Assembly (NCBI GenBank): GCA_965223305.1
Contig: CBDCWT010000007.1
Span: 36,465-100,464, forward strand
Direction of reading: 5' to 3'
DNA length: 64,000 nt
Source of the DNA: Pirellulaceae bacterium
Lineage (GTDB): Bacteria > Planctomycetota > Planctomycetia > Pirellulales > Pirellulaceae
This document shows positions 18,768-28,334 of this stretch, piece after piece (positions within the stretch are counted from its first letter, which is position 1; each line of letters begins with the position of its first letter). A program made the position numbers and the translations under genes. The notes beneath the pieces are model-generated. The model was not told where the DNA came from, searched no databases, and saw only the letters and a list, made by a program, of their open reading frames with translations.

Positions 18768-20081
18768 ATGAATGAAGCGGCGCCGAAAAAGTCTACCGAA
18801 CCGTCCCGGCGAGGGTTTTTGAAGAGTTCCTCAGCAGCGGTGGTCGGTGGTTCACTCGCAGCGACGTTAGGAGTCTCCCGGGCGGTGCATGCCCAGGGGT
18901 CCGACATTTTGCGAGTCGGGCTGGTCGGCTGCGGCGGTCGCGGCAGCGGTGCCGCCGTCAACGCGCTGAGGGCACATCAGAACAACCGGCTGGTGGCCAT
19001 GGCAGACGCCTTTCCCGACCGGCTATTGCTCAGCAAGCGGCTCGTGGCGCGTGGGATCGGCGAGGACGCGGCTCACCAAATTGAGGTCGACAGTGACCAT
19101 TCCTTTGCGGGATTCGACGCGTACCAGCGTGTGATGGAAGCGGACGTGGACGTCGTGATCCTGACGACACCGCCGCACTTTCGGCCGGCCCAACTGCGGG
19201 CCGCGATCGAGGCGGGCAAGCACGTTTTCTGCGAAAAGCCGGTGGCGGTCGACCCAGCCGGCGTCCGCAGTGTGCTGGAAACCGTCGAGCTGGCTCGCGC
19301 CAAGAACCTCAGCATCGTCTCCGGCCTGTGCTGGCGCTACGACCACGGAGTGCGGGAGACGATGGCCCGCATCCAAGACGGCGCAATCGGTGACTTGGTC
19401 GCCATCCAAGAGAACTACTTGGCGGGTACGCTCTGGCACAAGCCGCGAAAGCCCGAGTGGAGTGAGATGGAGTATCAGCTGCGGAACTGGCTGTATTTCA
19501 GCTGGTTGTCGGGCGATCACATTGTGGAACAGCACATTCACAGCCTCGACAAGTCGCTGTGGCTGATGGGGGACACTCCCCCCGCCCGTTGCGTCGGGTT
19601 GGGAGGGCGCCAGATGCGAACCGATGAGCGCTGGGGCAATATCTACGATCACTTCGCCGTCTGCTACGAGTGGGACAACGGCGTCAAGACGTTCGCCTAC
19701 ACGCGCCAGATGAAGGGATGTAAGAACGATACGGAGGACTACGTATTGGGTACCAAGGGCCGCGCGCGGCTGCTCAAGCACGAGATTGAAGGCGAGCAAT
19801 CATGGAAGTTCGACGCGAAAAAACCGAGCATGTACGACGTCGAGCACGTCGAGTTGTTTGAGGGGATTCGTGGTGGCAAGCCCATCAACAACGGCAAATA
19901 CATGTCGTACAGCACGCTAATGGCCATCATGGGGCGCGAGGCCTGTTACACCGGTGATGTCATTACATGGCAGGACGCCATGAATTCGCCTCAGGACCTT
20001 TCGCCCGCTGCCTATGAATGGGGAGACATTCCGGTTCCCGCGATCGCCGAGCCAGGCGTCACCAAATTCCCAGTTGCTTAG
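18768..20081 (+). CDS. Gfo/Idh/MocA-family oxidoreductase with a Tat signal
   Basis: Twin-arginine motif SRRGFLKSS. Rossmann motif GLVGCGGRGSG. Gfo/Idh/MocA C-terminal domain. Confidence 0.8.
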   Translation: MNEAAPKKSTEPSRRGFLKSSSAAVVGGSLAATLGVSRAVHAQGSDILRVGLVGCGGRGSGAAVNALRAHQNNRLVAMADAFPDRLLLSKRLVARGIGEDAAHQIEVDSDHSFAGFDAYQRVMEADVDVVILTTPPHFRPAQLRAAIEAGKHVFCEKPVAVDPAGVRSVLETVELARAKNLSIVSGLCWRYDHGVRETMARIQDGAIGDLVAIQENYLAGTLWHKPRKPEWSEMEYQLRNWLYFSWLSGDHIVEQHIHSLDKSLWLMGDTPPARCVGLGGRQMRTDERWGNIYDHFAVCYEWDNGVKTFAYTRQMKGCKNDTEDYVLGTKGRARLLKHEIEGEQSWKFDAKKPSMYDVEHVELFEGIRGGKPINNGKYMSYSTLMAIMGREACYTGDVITWQDAMNSPQDLSPAAYEWGDIPVPAIAEPGVTKFPVA

Positions 20082-20094
20082 TCGGGGGCAGAGC

Positions 20095-21531
20095 CTACGC
20101 GGTCCGCAACCGGCGCTCGACGCGTTCAACGGCATCTTGGGCTCGGCAGGCGTGTTGGCCCAGTTGCAGTGAGGAGTCCTCGGCGACCCAACGGGTGATT
20201 TTCTTTTCGGCGGAGATGACCGTGCTATGGCTACGGCGGCCAAAGTACTCGCTGATCTCCGTGAAAGCCGCTCTCGTGTATTTGCGCGCCAGCCACATGG
20301 CCAGCATCCGCGGGTGGCTGATCGATTTGGCCCGCGTCGTATCTCGCAGGCATTTGGGTTCCAGGCCAAACGCATCGCATACTGCACGCTCGATATCCGG
20401 CAGGCGAACGACCCGCTGCGTGGCTCGGAAGACATCCTGCAACGTGGTGCGGGCTAGTTCCAGCGTGATACTGCGTTCCAGAGCCAGGCTGGTCGCCTCC
20501 AGCTGGTTCAGCGCGCCACAGATCTGCCGCGCGTCACCGCCCAGTTCGGCGGCTAGCAGTTCCAAGACTTCGTCAGCGAGCGTCATTTGCAGACGTTTGG
20601 CAAAGCGGTGAGTGATTGCTAACCGCGTAGGATAGTCCGCTTCCTCGATGTTGCAGACGAGTCCCCCTGAGAAGCGGGCGATCGTCTCGCTGCCCAGCTC
20701 CGCGAGTTGTGCCGGGGGACGGTCTGCCGCCAGCACCAGCTGCTTGCCGGCACGCAGCAACGTATCGATCGTGTGCTGCAACTCGATGATCGTAGCTCGT
20801 TTGCCCACAAAAAACTGCACATCGTCGACGACTAATAGCTCGACCGCACGGCATTTGCGACGAAAGCTCGGCAAACCACGCCCCTGCAGCGCCTCCAGGA
20901 AATTAATCGTGAACTGTTCGGCGGAAAGGAACAGCACCCGCGAACGTGCCGTTCGGTAGCGAAATGCCGACCAGATGCCCTCGAGCAGGTGAGTCTTGCC
21001 GCATCCAGGTGGTCCGTAGACGAACAGCGGTGAGACCGTGCCGGGTCGCCGCACAATCGAATGAGCCGCCGCATGAGCCACCCGATTGCCGTCACCCACC
21101 ACAAGTGTCTCCAGCCTCTCGAACGAGCGTCTCCGGGACGGTCCAGCGGCGGGGGGGACCGCTTGGATCGGTACAACCGGCGTGTCGGGGCTAGTCTCTG
21201 CTGGCGAGGGCGCCTCCACACCGACCTCGACAGGAGTCGAACGAAGCGACTCGTCGACCTGATAAACGGCTTCCCCGCACGGTGTCGCCTGGCGAACGAC
21301 CAGCTCGATGTCTGCACCAAACTGCTTGTGCAGGCGATCCAGGAGAAACTGATCGGCCGCCCGCACGAGCAGGCGGTTGGAGTGTGCCTCGAGGCGCACT
21401 AACTTGGAAAACCAAAGCTCGAAGCGCTCGCGTCCGATGCGATCGACTAGCTGCCGCTGTACTGCAGAAACGACTTCCTTCTCGTCCACTGCTGCGTCCT
21501 TTGCGCAGAGCCCGAGCGCCGTAGTGCACAA
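20095..21531 (-). CDS. dnaA: Chromosomal replication initiator protein DnaA
   Basis: AAA+ Walker A (YGPPGCGKTHLL). C-terminal DnaA-box-binding helix-turn-helix (KSISHPRMLAMWLARKYT...SHSTV). Confidence 0.9.
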   Translation of the reverse strand: MCTTALGLCAKDAAVDEKEVVSAVQRQLVDRIGRERFELWFSKLVRLEAHSNRLLVRAADQFLLDRLHKQFGADIELVVRQATPCGEAVYQVDESLRSTPVEVGVEAPSPAETSPDTPVVPIQAVPPAAGPSRRRSFERLETLVVGDGNRVAHAAAHSIVRRPGTVSPLFVYGPPGCGKTHLLEGIWSAFRYRTARSRVLFLSAEQFTINFLEALQGRGLPSFRRKCRAVELLVVDDVQFFVGKRATIIELQHTIDTLLRAGKQLVLAADRPPAQLAELGSETIARFSGGLVCNIEEADYPTRLAITHRFAKRLQMTLADEVLELLAAELGGDARQICGALNQLEATSLALERSITLELARTTLQDVFRATQRVVRLPDIERAVCDAFGLEPKCLRDTTRAKSISHPRMLAMWLARKYTRAAFTEISEYFGRRSHSTVISAEKKITRWVAEDSSLQLGQHACRAQDAVERVERRLRTA

Positions 21532-21879
21532 TCCCGGTACACTTTTTGTTGGGTCAACGGACCCTATTGGCTGTCGAGCAAAGCGCGAATCAGAATTCAG
21601 TCAACGTCAAGATCGCATGATTCTAAACATGCTAGCTTGGCTGTCAAACCTTGGGCGCGGTCCGCCGAGAAAAGTTTTCACGATGCCGCTGTGGTTGCCG
21701 GTTTTCCCGGCGGAGGGAGGCATAATTTGTCGGATTCGTCCCTCGAGATCCACTGATACGTGGGTGGAAAACTTGTCTCAGACCGGGGTGCGAGATGCGG
21801 TTGCCTGCCAGTCGCATTGGTCGTAACTCGAGGCGTAGTAGTTGATGTTGCATGTTGGGGCTAATCAGCAGCGCGGGGC

Positions 21880-22140
21880 GTAGTTTTGAAGTTGCGCATT
21901 TCGCCTCAATCGTAACCCGAAGCGTCAGCGAGGGGGAGAGTTGGCCTACCAACGCAAGTCATTCCCTCGCTTACGCTTCGGGTTCCGACAAAGCAAAAAT
22001 CGCAAACTTCAAGACTTACGCTTTCGGGTTCCGACAACACGGCCAATCCGCGTCCTCTGACGGATCGTGAAAAAACGCCGCTTCAAAACTCACGCGATTA
22101 CCAACTTCGCCTCGCTGACGCTTTCGGGTTGCGAAAGACG
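21880..22140. repeat. Dispersed hairpin repeat family A, copy in the dnaA upstream region
   Basis: ttgaagttgcgcatttcgcctcaatcgtaacccgaagcgtcagcgaggg ... tccctcgcttacgcttcgggttccgac, plus two further degenerate half-units. Confidence 0.85.
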
Positions 22141-22174
22141 TAATCGGACATCTTGAGAAGGGCTCGTCGTCCGT

Positions 22175-23119
22175 TTAGGACTGATCTGTTAGGAGAAACT
22201 TGATCCGTACCACCTGTCGGTGGACCGGCTGGAATCCAGCGCGAGTATAGATGCGGATCGCCGGATCATTCGTTGCGTCGACGGCCAGGATCAAGTGGCT
22301 CCGGCCGGCTCGCGCGGTTTGCCGTTGGGCGTGCTCGACGATGCGCTTTCCCCAGCCGCGTCCCCGCACCGCAGGCACCAGCCCCATGTAAACAAGCTCG
22401 AAGTGGCCGCGTGCCGGGTGGTCGGTCAATAACAGGCAACCGACCGGATCGTCGTGGGCATGAATAAGCCACCATCGTTCCGGATGGAAGTCCCCCGTGT
22501 GCATGTATCCCTCGATGATGTCTGTGATGTCCCGTCGCCCGTTTAGTTGTGGGGCGTCCTGCGTTTCGTCGTAGGTTGCCTCGATGACCTGCGCTAGGGC
22601 GGGTCGCAGCTCGGGTCGGTAAGGGACGAATCTCAACGCTGATGGTGCCGAGGGAGTCGCCACGGAGTCGACTTGGGCGGCCAGATAGAGGAGCTCGACG
22701 CTGGTGCCGAAGCCGCACCGCGCGAGCAGCTCGGCGGTTGCCTGCGATGCAGGCAGCGCTTGGGCGATCTGAACGTGTTGTGTGGCTAGCCGGCAGACGA
22801 GCAGATCAACCAGCTGCTTTGCCGTTGCGGCGTCTTCTCCCGACTTGCCAGAGGGCCCCCAGACCAACGCCGTTTTGCCGGGCATGACTTGTCCCCACAG
22901 CGCCGCCACCAACTCGGTTTTCCGCGACGCGACCAGCAGATTACCGAGCGACGGTGGCGATTGGCTCGCTGAACTCAGCGCACCGGTCACTCTCTGCACG
23001 CGGTCAGCCGCTGGTAAATCCTGGAATAGCAGGGAAAGCGCGGGTAGCCACTGCTCGGGAGTCGCCGGTGCTAGCTGAAGATCGTCAGAGGAGTCGTCCC
23101 GCATGCGAACAGGATACAA
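22175..23119 (-). CDS. GNAT-family N-acetyltransferase, two-domain
   Basis: C-terminal acetyl-CoA binding signature RGRGWGKRIVEHA...AGFQ. Length 314 aa. Confidence 0.6.
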   Translation of the reverse strand: MYPVRMRDDSSDDLQLAPATPEQWLPALSLLFQDLPAADRVQRVTGALSSASQSPPSLGNLLVASRKTELVAALWGQVMPGKTALVWGPSGKSGEDAATAKQLVDLLVCRLATQHVQIAQALPASQATAELLARCGFGTSVELLYLAAQVDSVATPSAPSALRFVPYRPELRPALAQVIEATYDETQDAPQLNGRRDITDIIEGYMHTGDFHPERWWLIHAHDDPVGCLLLTDHPARGHFELVYMGLVPAVRGRGWGKRIVEHAQRQTARAGRSHLILAVDATNDPAIRIYTRAGFQPVHRQVVRIKFLLTDQS

Positions 23120-23398
23120 TAAAATCTAATCCGGAATTATTCATGACGGCGTTTTCTGTAAGAGTCAAGAAGTGGGCAATAGTCGCGGCTGAGTTGGTGA
23201 GCGCAGACCTCCCCCTTCCCCCAGCTGAAAGAAAGTTAGACGAGAAGAAGATCAGTCATTGAGAACCAACGTCGGATGTGCGTGGGATGGCGGTGGGACC
23301 CAGTCGCGGTGTCGAGCGCCAGAAGGTGACTTCCAGTGCGAAGGGAGGCGTAGTTTTGCAATGCGTGCGACGACGACTTGCCAGAAGGGACCAACAGC

Positions 23399-23671
23399 CT
23401 ATTCGATGTGGAGCCACCGTCGACGAGCATGCTTGACGATGCGGCCTCCCGCCCGCAACACCAACTGTTGGAAGCGATGCAGATCCCAGCAACCAGCGAG
23501 TGCGTCCTCGAACTCGTTGCGTAACATGGTGGTCATGTTGAAAGCCAACATGGCCAAGAGGATCGTGACTTCGTTTTCGACAAACTCGGGTGACGAAAGG
23601 TGTGGACCAATCGCTTCTTGGAATTCTCCCAAGCGGCCTTCAAAGATTCCACGCTTTCGATAGTGAGCCAA
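23399..23671 (-). pseudogene. C-terminal fragment of an IS4/IS1380-like DDE transposase
   Basis: A 90-aa ORF ending ...LRAGGRIVKHARRRWLHI, a typical DDE transposase C-terminal tail. No upstream catalytic region is present. Confidence 0.4.
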
Positions 23672-23777
23672 TACTTGTTCACCACTACTTATTCTATAGC
23701 CCTCTTCGACACGGGGCCATCATCGCAACTCCCCTCCCCTGAGTGGCACGCCGCCCGAGCCTTTCAGTCGCGAGGAA

Positions 23778-24320
23778 GTGACTCGACTCCTGGCCGCCGC
23801 CAAGAACCAGAAACATCGCGTCTTGTTGATGACGGACTATTCCACGGGGTTACGAGTGTCCGAGTTGGTCCGCTTAAAGCCAATTCATATTCACTCGGAG
23901 CGAATGCTGGTTCGCGTCGAGCAAGGGAAAGGGAACAAGGACCGTTACACGTTGCTGTCCAAACGTCTTCTCGAAGAACTGCGGAGCTATTGGAGAGCCT
24001 ACCAACCGGGCGAGTAGCTCTATCCTCGCCGTGACCGAAGTGGTCCGATGGCACGCGGAACTGCCCAACGCCTCTTTTACTCCGTGAAAGCCCGAGCAGG
24101 CATCAAACGGGGGGCCGGCATCCACTGCTTGCGCCACTCGTTTGCCACCCACCTGCTCGAGGCGGGCACGAGCCTGCCCACTATTCAACGCTTGTTGGGG
24201 CACACGAACATCTCGACGACCATGAAGTATCTGCATGTGACGGTCAAGGATCTTGCCGAGGTCAAGAGTCCCTTTGACCTGCTTCGTCTGCCAGACACCG
24301 ACGAACAGTTTGGAGATTGA
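23778..24320 (+). pseudogene. Tyrosine recombinase (XerD/phage-integrase family) with an in-frame TAG that replaces a conserved Trp
   Basis: Two same-frame ORFs: ...YQPGE*LYPRR... then [13 protein letters not shown]...[14 protein letters not shown], which carries the catalytic R, H-x-x-R and Y residues. The stop sits where WLFP is expected. Confidence 0.65.
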
Positions 24321-25570
24321 CGTCATGATTGCCACCGCTTCGACGGTGGCGATGGCAGACAGGCAGAACATTGAACTAACGGACATCTTCCAGCGCCATG
24401 GCGACGCTTATCTCCGCGCGCGTCGGTTGAGACCTACTCAGGCGAAGGTCGTGCATGCGGTCCAAAATTGTCGCACAGCCGCACTTGGAGGACACCGTGA
24501 TTGGTGTCCTCATTGCGGCTTTGTTCGCTACCTGTTCCACAGCTGTCGCAATCGCCACTGCCCGAAATGCCAAGCCCTGACGAAGGCCCAATGGCTGGAG
24601 AACCGTTGCTGAGAACTCCTCCCAGTACCATACTTCCACAACACGTTCACGTTGCCCCACGAGTTCAACCCCTTGATTCTCTTTAGCGAGCAGAATCAGC
24701 GTCTGCTGTTGAACTTGCTGTTCCATGCCGCGTCGCAAACGTTGCTGGATTTCGGTAGGAACAACCTCGGCGGCAGAATGGGCTTCACGATGATACTGCA
24801 CACTTGGGATCAGCAATTGCGTCCCCACTTCCACGTGCACACCGTCATTGCTGCCGGTGCATTGGCTCTCGACGGCGAAAGTTGGATTCCCTTGGGGCGC
24901 AAGTTCCTCTTCCCGGTCGTCGCCCTTAGCAGGGTGTTTCGTGGAAAATTCCTGGACCAGTTCAAGGAACTGTGCCTATCAGGCACTCTTCAGCTACCGC
25001 CCCAGTTGCAGCAACTCGCGTCCAAATCCGGATTGCGAAAGTGGCTTCGACCTCTTTGGAAGAAGGCGTTAACTCGAAAGCACCATTTGCCGGACCCGAA
25101 AAAGCGCCTGACTACTTGGGACGCTATACACATCGCGTGGCGATCTCGAATCATCGCCTCGTATCATATCGCTGGTTGACGGACAAGTTTCGTTCTACTA
25201 CCGAGATCGACGGGATGATCGTCGCAAGATCGCGGTTTTGCCCGCCGAGCAATTCATCCGCAGATTCTTGCAGCATGTGCTTCCGGATCGCTTCATGCGG
25301 ATTCGCCATTACGGGTTTTTGGCCAACCGCGCGAAGAAACAGGCGCTGGCTCGTTGCCGTGAGCAGCTTGGCGCCGAAGAACCTGAAGCTGAGGAGACCG
25401 AGAAGACTGTTGCCGATTGGTTGCTCGAGTTGACAGGGATCGACATTGCCCACCGTCCCGAATGTGGGGCTCAGTTGCTGCAGACCGAGTTGTCTCCACA
25501 GCCCAGCCGGATGCCAACTCCTCTCACAACACCGGTCCGGGTGCCACCAATGGCCTTTAACACATCATGA
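24253..25570 (+). mobile_element. IS91-family (Y2, rolling-circle) transposase, degraded by one in-frame TGA and one frameshift
   Basis: Zinc-binding N-terminal domain (CPHCGFVRYLFHSCRNRHCPKC). The YFHNTFTLP, HTWDQQLRPHFHVH and RHYGFLANR motifs are spread over three ORFs; two are in the same frame and the third is shifted by +1. Confidence 0.75.
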
Positions 25571-25938
25571 GTTCCCAGCCATACACTGCCTCGATCGCCG
25601 CAGCCATAACCCTCCCATGCGGTGGGGGCACTCATGTTCTGCGCGCCACCTGCTCACGATGGCACCTCAGACAACTGTTGCTGGCCATCACCGGATCACT
25701 TCCCTGTTCTCGGGACGCGGCCCACGCTGACAGGGAGGAGGGTGGCGCTGCTCTGCAACCGAACAAAACGTCTACTCATCCGACGTTGGTGGGGCACCGA
25801 CATTCGGCTCTGCCTGGGGCCAGGCTTGGCCATTCCCCACCCCCCATCCGTGTGGCGCCTCAGTAGATGACTTTTCGCGAACTGGACATCTCCCTACGAT
25901 TGGAACAGAGCCCCCCAATTCCAACGGAGAAATTTGAG

Positions 25939-26859
25939 ATGGCTACTACTCGTTACGTTTGGGATGTCGTCAACGACAACTACCTGTCGGAGAACGACGG
26001 CACGTCAACCACCGCCGTCTATACGAACGAACCTTCTCAATTCGGCGAGTTGGCATCACAGCGGCGCGGCGGTACGTCGAACTTCTACCACTTCGATGGG
26101 CAGGGCTCGACGCGAGCCCTGACTGACGCTAGTGAGAATGTCACCGACACGGATGTCTATTCGGCGTTCGGTGAATCAGTGGCCAGCACAGGAGCAACGA
26201 CAAATCCGTTCGGATATAGGGGTGCGCTAGGGTACTACGCGAACCCTTCGACGAGCGACTGGTCCGTTCACGGACGAATCTTCGAGCCGGACATTGCGAG
26301 GTGGTTATCTCGCGATACCAGCGCAATGGGTTCCTACCGCTACGCAATAACCTGGGCAACCGGTTGGTTTGGCAGTTTTCTTCCCAGGGAGGACCGTGTC
26401 CCACCGGGAGTCAGCAATTGCTGCCGGCTCTGCGCTAAAGCAAATGGGGCAATTGCGCGAGAGAGGATACGGTTTTCTCCCTATACTGCAGGCGACGGAT
26501 TCCAGGGAAATGCGATGCTGCACTGCCTGTCAAGCTGCATGACACGTCGCAACTGCGGTGAGTCGTGTCGGAAAGCATTCTGGGATGGCCGCGAGAGCCC
26601 GTTTGACAGTTTGGGCAGGACGGTTCGGTGGGACGACCTGATGGACCTGCGGAACAATGCAGTCGGGGCCGATTGTGGAAGTGACAAGTCGGCGCTGGAG
26701 GGGAAGTCATGCTGGGGCTGTTGTTTGAACGCGTTGAGGGCCGGACAACTGAGCTGTGAGAAGGAGGGCGGCGGCCTCACGCCTTGCCCGTTTGAAGTTG
26801 AGAACCCGAAGCCAATCGCTGATTTTCCCGATATTCCACCGTTTTCAGGGATTCCATAG
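25939..26859 (+). CDS. Orphan RHS/YD-repeat C-terminal tip carrying a cysteine-rich toxin-like domain of unknown family
   Basis: Final YD repeats (TRYVWDVVNDN, FYHFDGQGSTRALTD, DVYSAFGE) and the core end NPFGYRGALGYY...GRIFEPDIARWLSRD. These are followed by about 180 aa with more than 15 Cys and no recognisable catalytic motif. No RHS body lies upstream. A GGAGA sequence sits upstream of the internal Met at 25939. Confidence 0.7.
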   Translation: MATTRYVWDVVNDNYLSENDGTSTTAVYTNEPSQFGELASQRRGGTSNFYHFDGQGSTRALTDASENVTDTDVYSAFGESVASTGATTNPFGYRGALGYYANPSTSDWSVHGRIFEPDIARWLSRDTSAMGSYRYAITWATGWFGSFLPREDRVPPGVSNCCRLCAKANGAIARERIRFSPYTAGDGFQGNAMLHCLSSCMTRRNCGESCRKAFWDGRESPFDSLGRTVRWDDLMDLRNNAVGADCGSDKSALEGKSCWGCCLNALRAGQLSCEKEGGGLTPCPFEVENPKPIADFPDIPPFSGIP

Positions 26860-26906
26860 TGATGGTCAGAACGATGTCGCGACAGTGGGCCTGCAATCGT
26901 GCAAGA

Positions 26907-27359
26907 CTAATGGTCATGTATGATTTCGTCGACCTCGCCAAGGTCCGAAAAATGGACCCGCACTTGACAAAATGTGTTGCGATCGTACATCCATGTCTTG
27001 CGCCCGCTCTGGTGAAGTCGAACATAATTGGGTGTGCCGGCGATGTTTCGAACTTCCTCCATCGTCATTCCCAGGGATAGCTGTTTCATCGTATCAACAG
27101 GAATTCCGTGCCTGTCCATTACCATGTGCACATTGATGGCAAACGCGAGCACTGCGGCAACGAGTATAGTTACAGCACAACCGTAGTATGCATTGCGTTT
27201 GCCCGCGCGTTCCGTTCGCATTCCCACGATCGACACCACAACCGCGAGTAGGCATGCCACAAGTAGTCCGCAAATGACGCCAAGCTGTTGGAACGTCGCG
27301 AATAGCAGGCTCAACAAGAATACACCGCCCAAGAGAGAGCGAAGTCTGAAACTCATCAA
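26907..27359 (-). CDS. Small integral membrane protein (3 TM) with a soluble C-terminal domain; candidate immunity protein
   Basis: 150 aa. Convergent with the RHS tip. Its local GC is clearly lower than the surrounding genome. Confidence 0.45.
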   Translation of the reverse strand: MMSFRLRSLLGGVFLLSLLFATFQQLGVICGLLVACLLAVVVSIVGMRTERAGKRNAYYGCAVTILVAAVLAFAINVHMVMDRHGIPVDTMKQLSLGMTMEEVRNIAGTPNYVRLHQSGRKTWMYDRNTFCQVRVHFSDLGEVDEIIHDH

Positions 27360-27582
27360 TTTGCTTCGTTTGCTTGAAGGTATGCCACGCGACGCCGTGC
27401 GGTACTATCTGATAACAACGTACGTTCATCGCAGCAGTTCATGATATCGGTCAAGCGAGGACAACGACAGAATCCCTTTTGGCTGCCTCTGGCCTCTGGC
27501 TTGAGTGCTTCAGCCTTTATCTAACTAATAGGTAGTGTTTGTGTTGCCCGAGTTCAGAACAACCTTTAATGGGAGTATTGAC

Positions 27583-28323
27583 ATGCCTAAGGTGGCCATC
27601 CTGTTGCTCGTCGGTTGGGCGGCTCTGGCAGATGTTCCAGCAGCTGAAGCCCAGCCTCTACTGCGGCGGTTGGAGGAGCGACTGCGGCAGAGCGTTCCGG
27701 CAGCCGTGCCTCCTCTGACGACAAGTTCGCAGCCCCGCTTGGGCGTTGTCGTGAGCGACGTCACGCCGGCAGCCATCTCAGAGCATGGCCTGGTCGTGCG
27801 CCGCGGTGCCCTGATTACGCAGATTGAGCCAGGGTCGGCAGCTGACCGGGCGGGATTGCCCGTGGGCGGAGCGATCGTGGCGGCCGACGGAATTCGAATC
27901 GACTCCCCCACGCAGCTGGTCAATCTGGTCCGCTCGGCGCGGGCCGGTCAGCAGATCGAGCTGACCTACTACCAGGGATCGCGGCTCTATCGCAAACGAC
28001 TGAGCTTGACGCCCTCTGCCGCACCGAATCGGAGTCCGCTGCCGGAAGTTCCAGACTTGCCCGAAGCCTTGCCGGAGCCGATGCCGGCGCCGGACGCCAT
28101 TCCTCCACGCGTAGGTGAACGACCTCTGTTGGACCGCCTTGGTCGAGTGTTGGAGGGCATTGCCACGATCCCGCCTGGCGAGGCGCCGCCTACTGCCTCT
28201 GGGAGAGGAGTGCCGGCGGGCGACAGCGAGCTGCGCGCGCTCCGCGAACAGGTCGAGCTGCTGCGAGCACAAGTCGAGCTGCTGACGAAGCGGCTCGCGG
28301 AATTGGAGAAGCGATTGGATTGA
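27583..28323 (+). CDS. Secreted PDZ-domain protein with a Pro-rich linker and a C-terminal leucine-zipper-like coiled coil
   Basis: Signal peptide. PDZ fold signature ([35 protein letters not shown]). The C-terminus reads LRALREQVELLRAQVELLTKRLAELEKRLD. Confidence 0.6.
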   Translation: MPKVAILLLVGWAALADVPAAEAQPLLRRLEERLRQSVPAAVPPLTTSSQPRLGVVVSDVTPAAISEHGLVVRRGALITQIEPGSAADRAGLPVGGAIVAADGIRIDSPTQLVNLVRSARAGQQIELTYYQGSRLYRKRLSLTPSAAPNRSPLPEVPDLPEALPEPMPAPDAIPPRVGERPLLDRLGRVLEGIATIPPGEAPPTASGRGVPAGDSELRALREQVELLRAQVELLTKRLAELEKRLD

Positions 28324-28334
28324 CCAGCTGCCAC

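Noticed and set aside
19023-19799. Minus-strand 258-aa ORF antisense to the Gfo/Idh/MocA gene; similar shadow ORFs occur antisense to dxs (10988-11518), shc (45502-46179), mnmG (58993-59796) and the membrane protein (48822-49718).
   Set aside because: None has recognisable motifs and each overlaps a strongly supported gene on the opposite strand. They are GC-driven open frames.
21532-22174. Calling oriC upstream of dnaA.
   Set aside because: No cluster of convincing DnaA boxes. The region is mostly dispersed-repeat sequence. Kept only as a low-confidence question.
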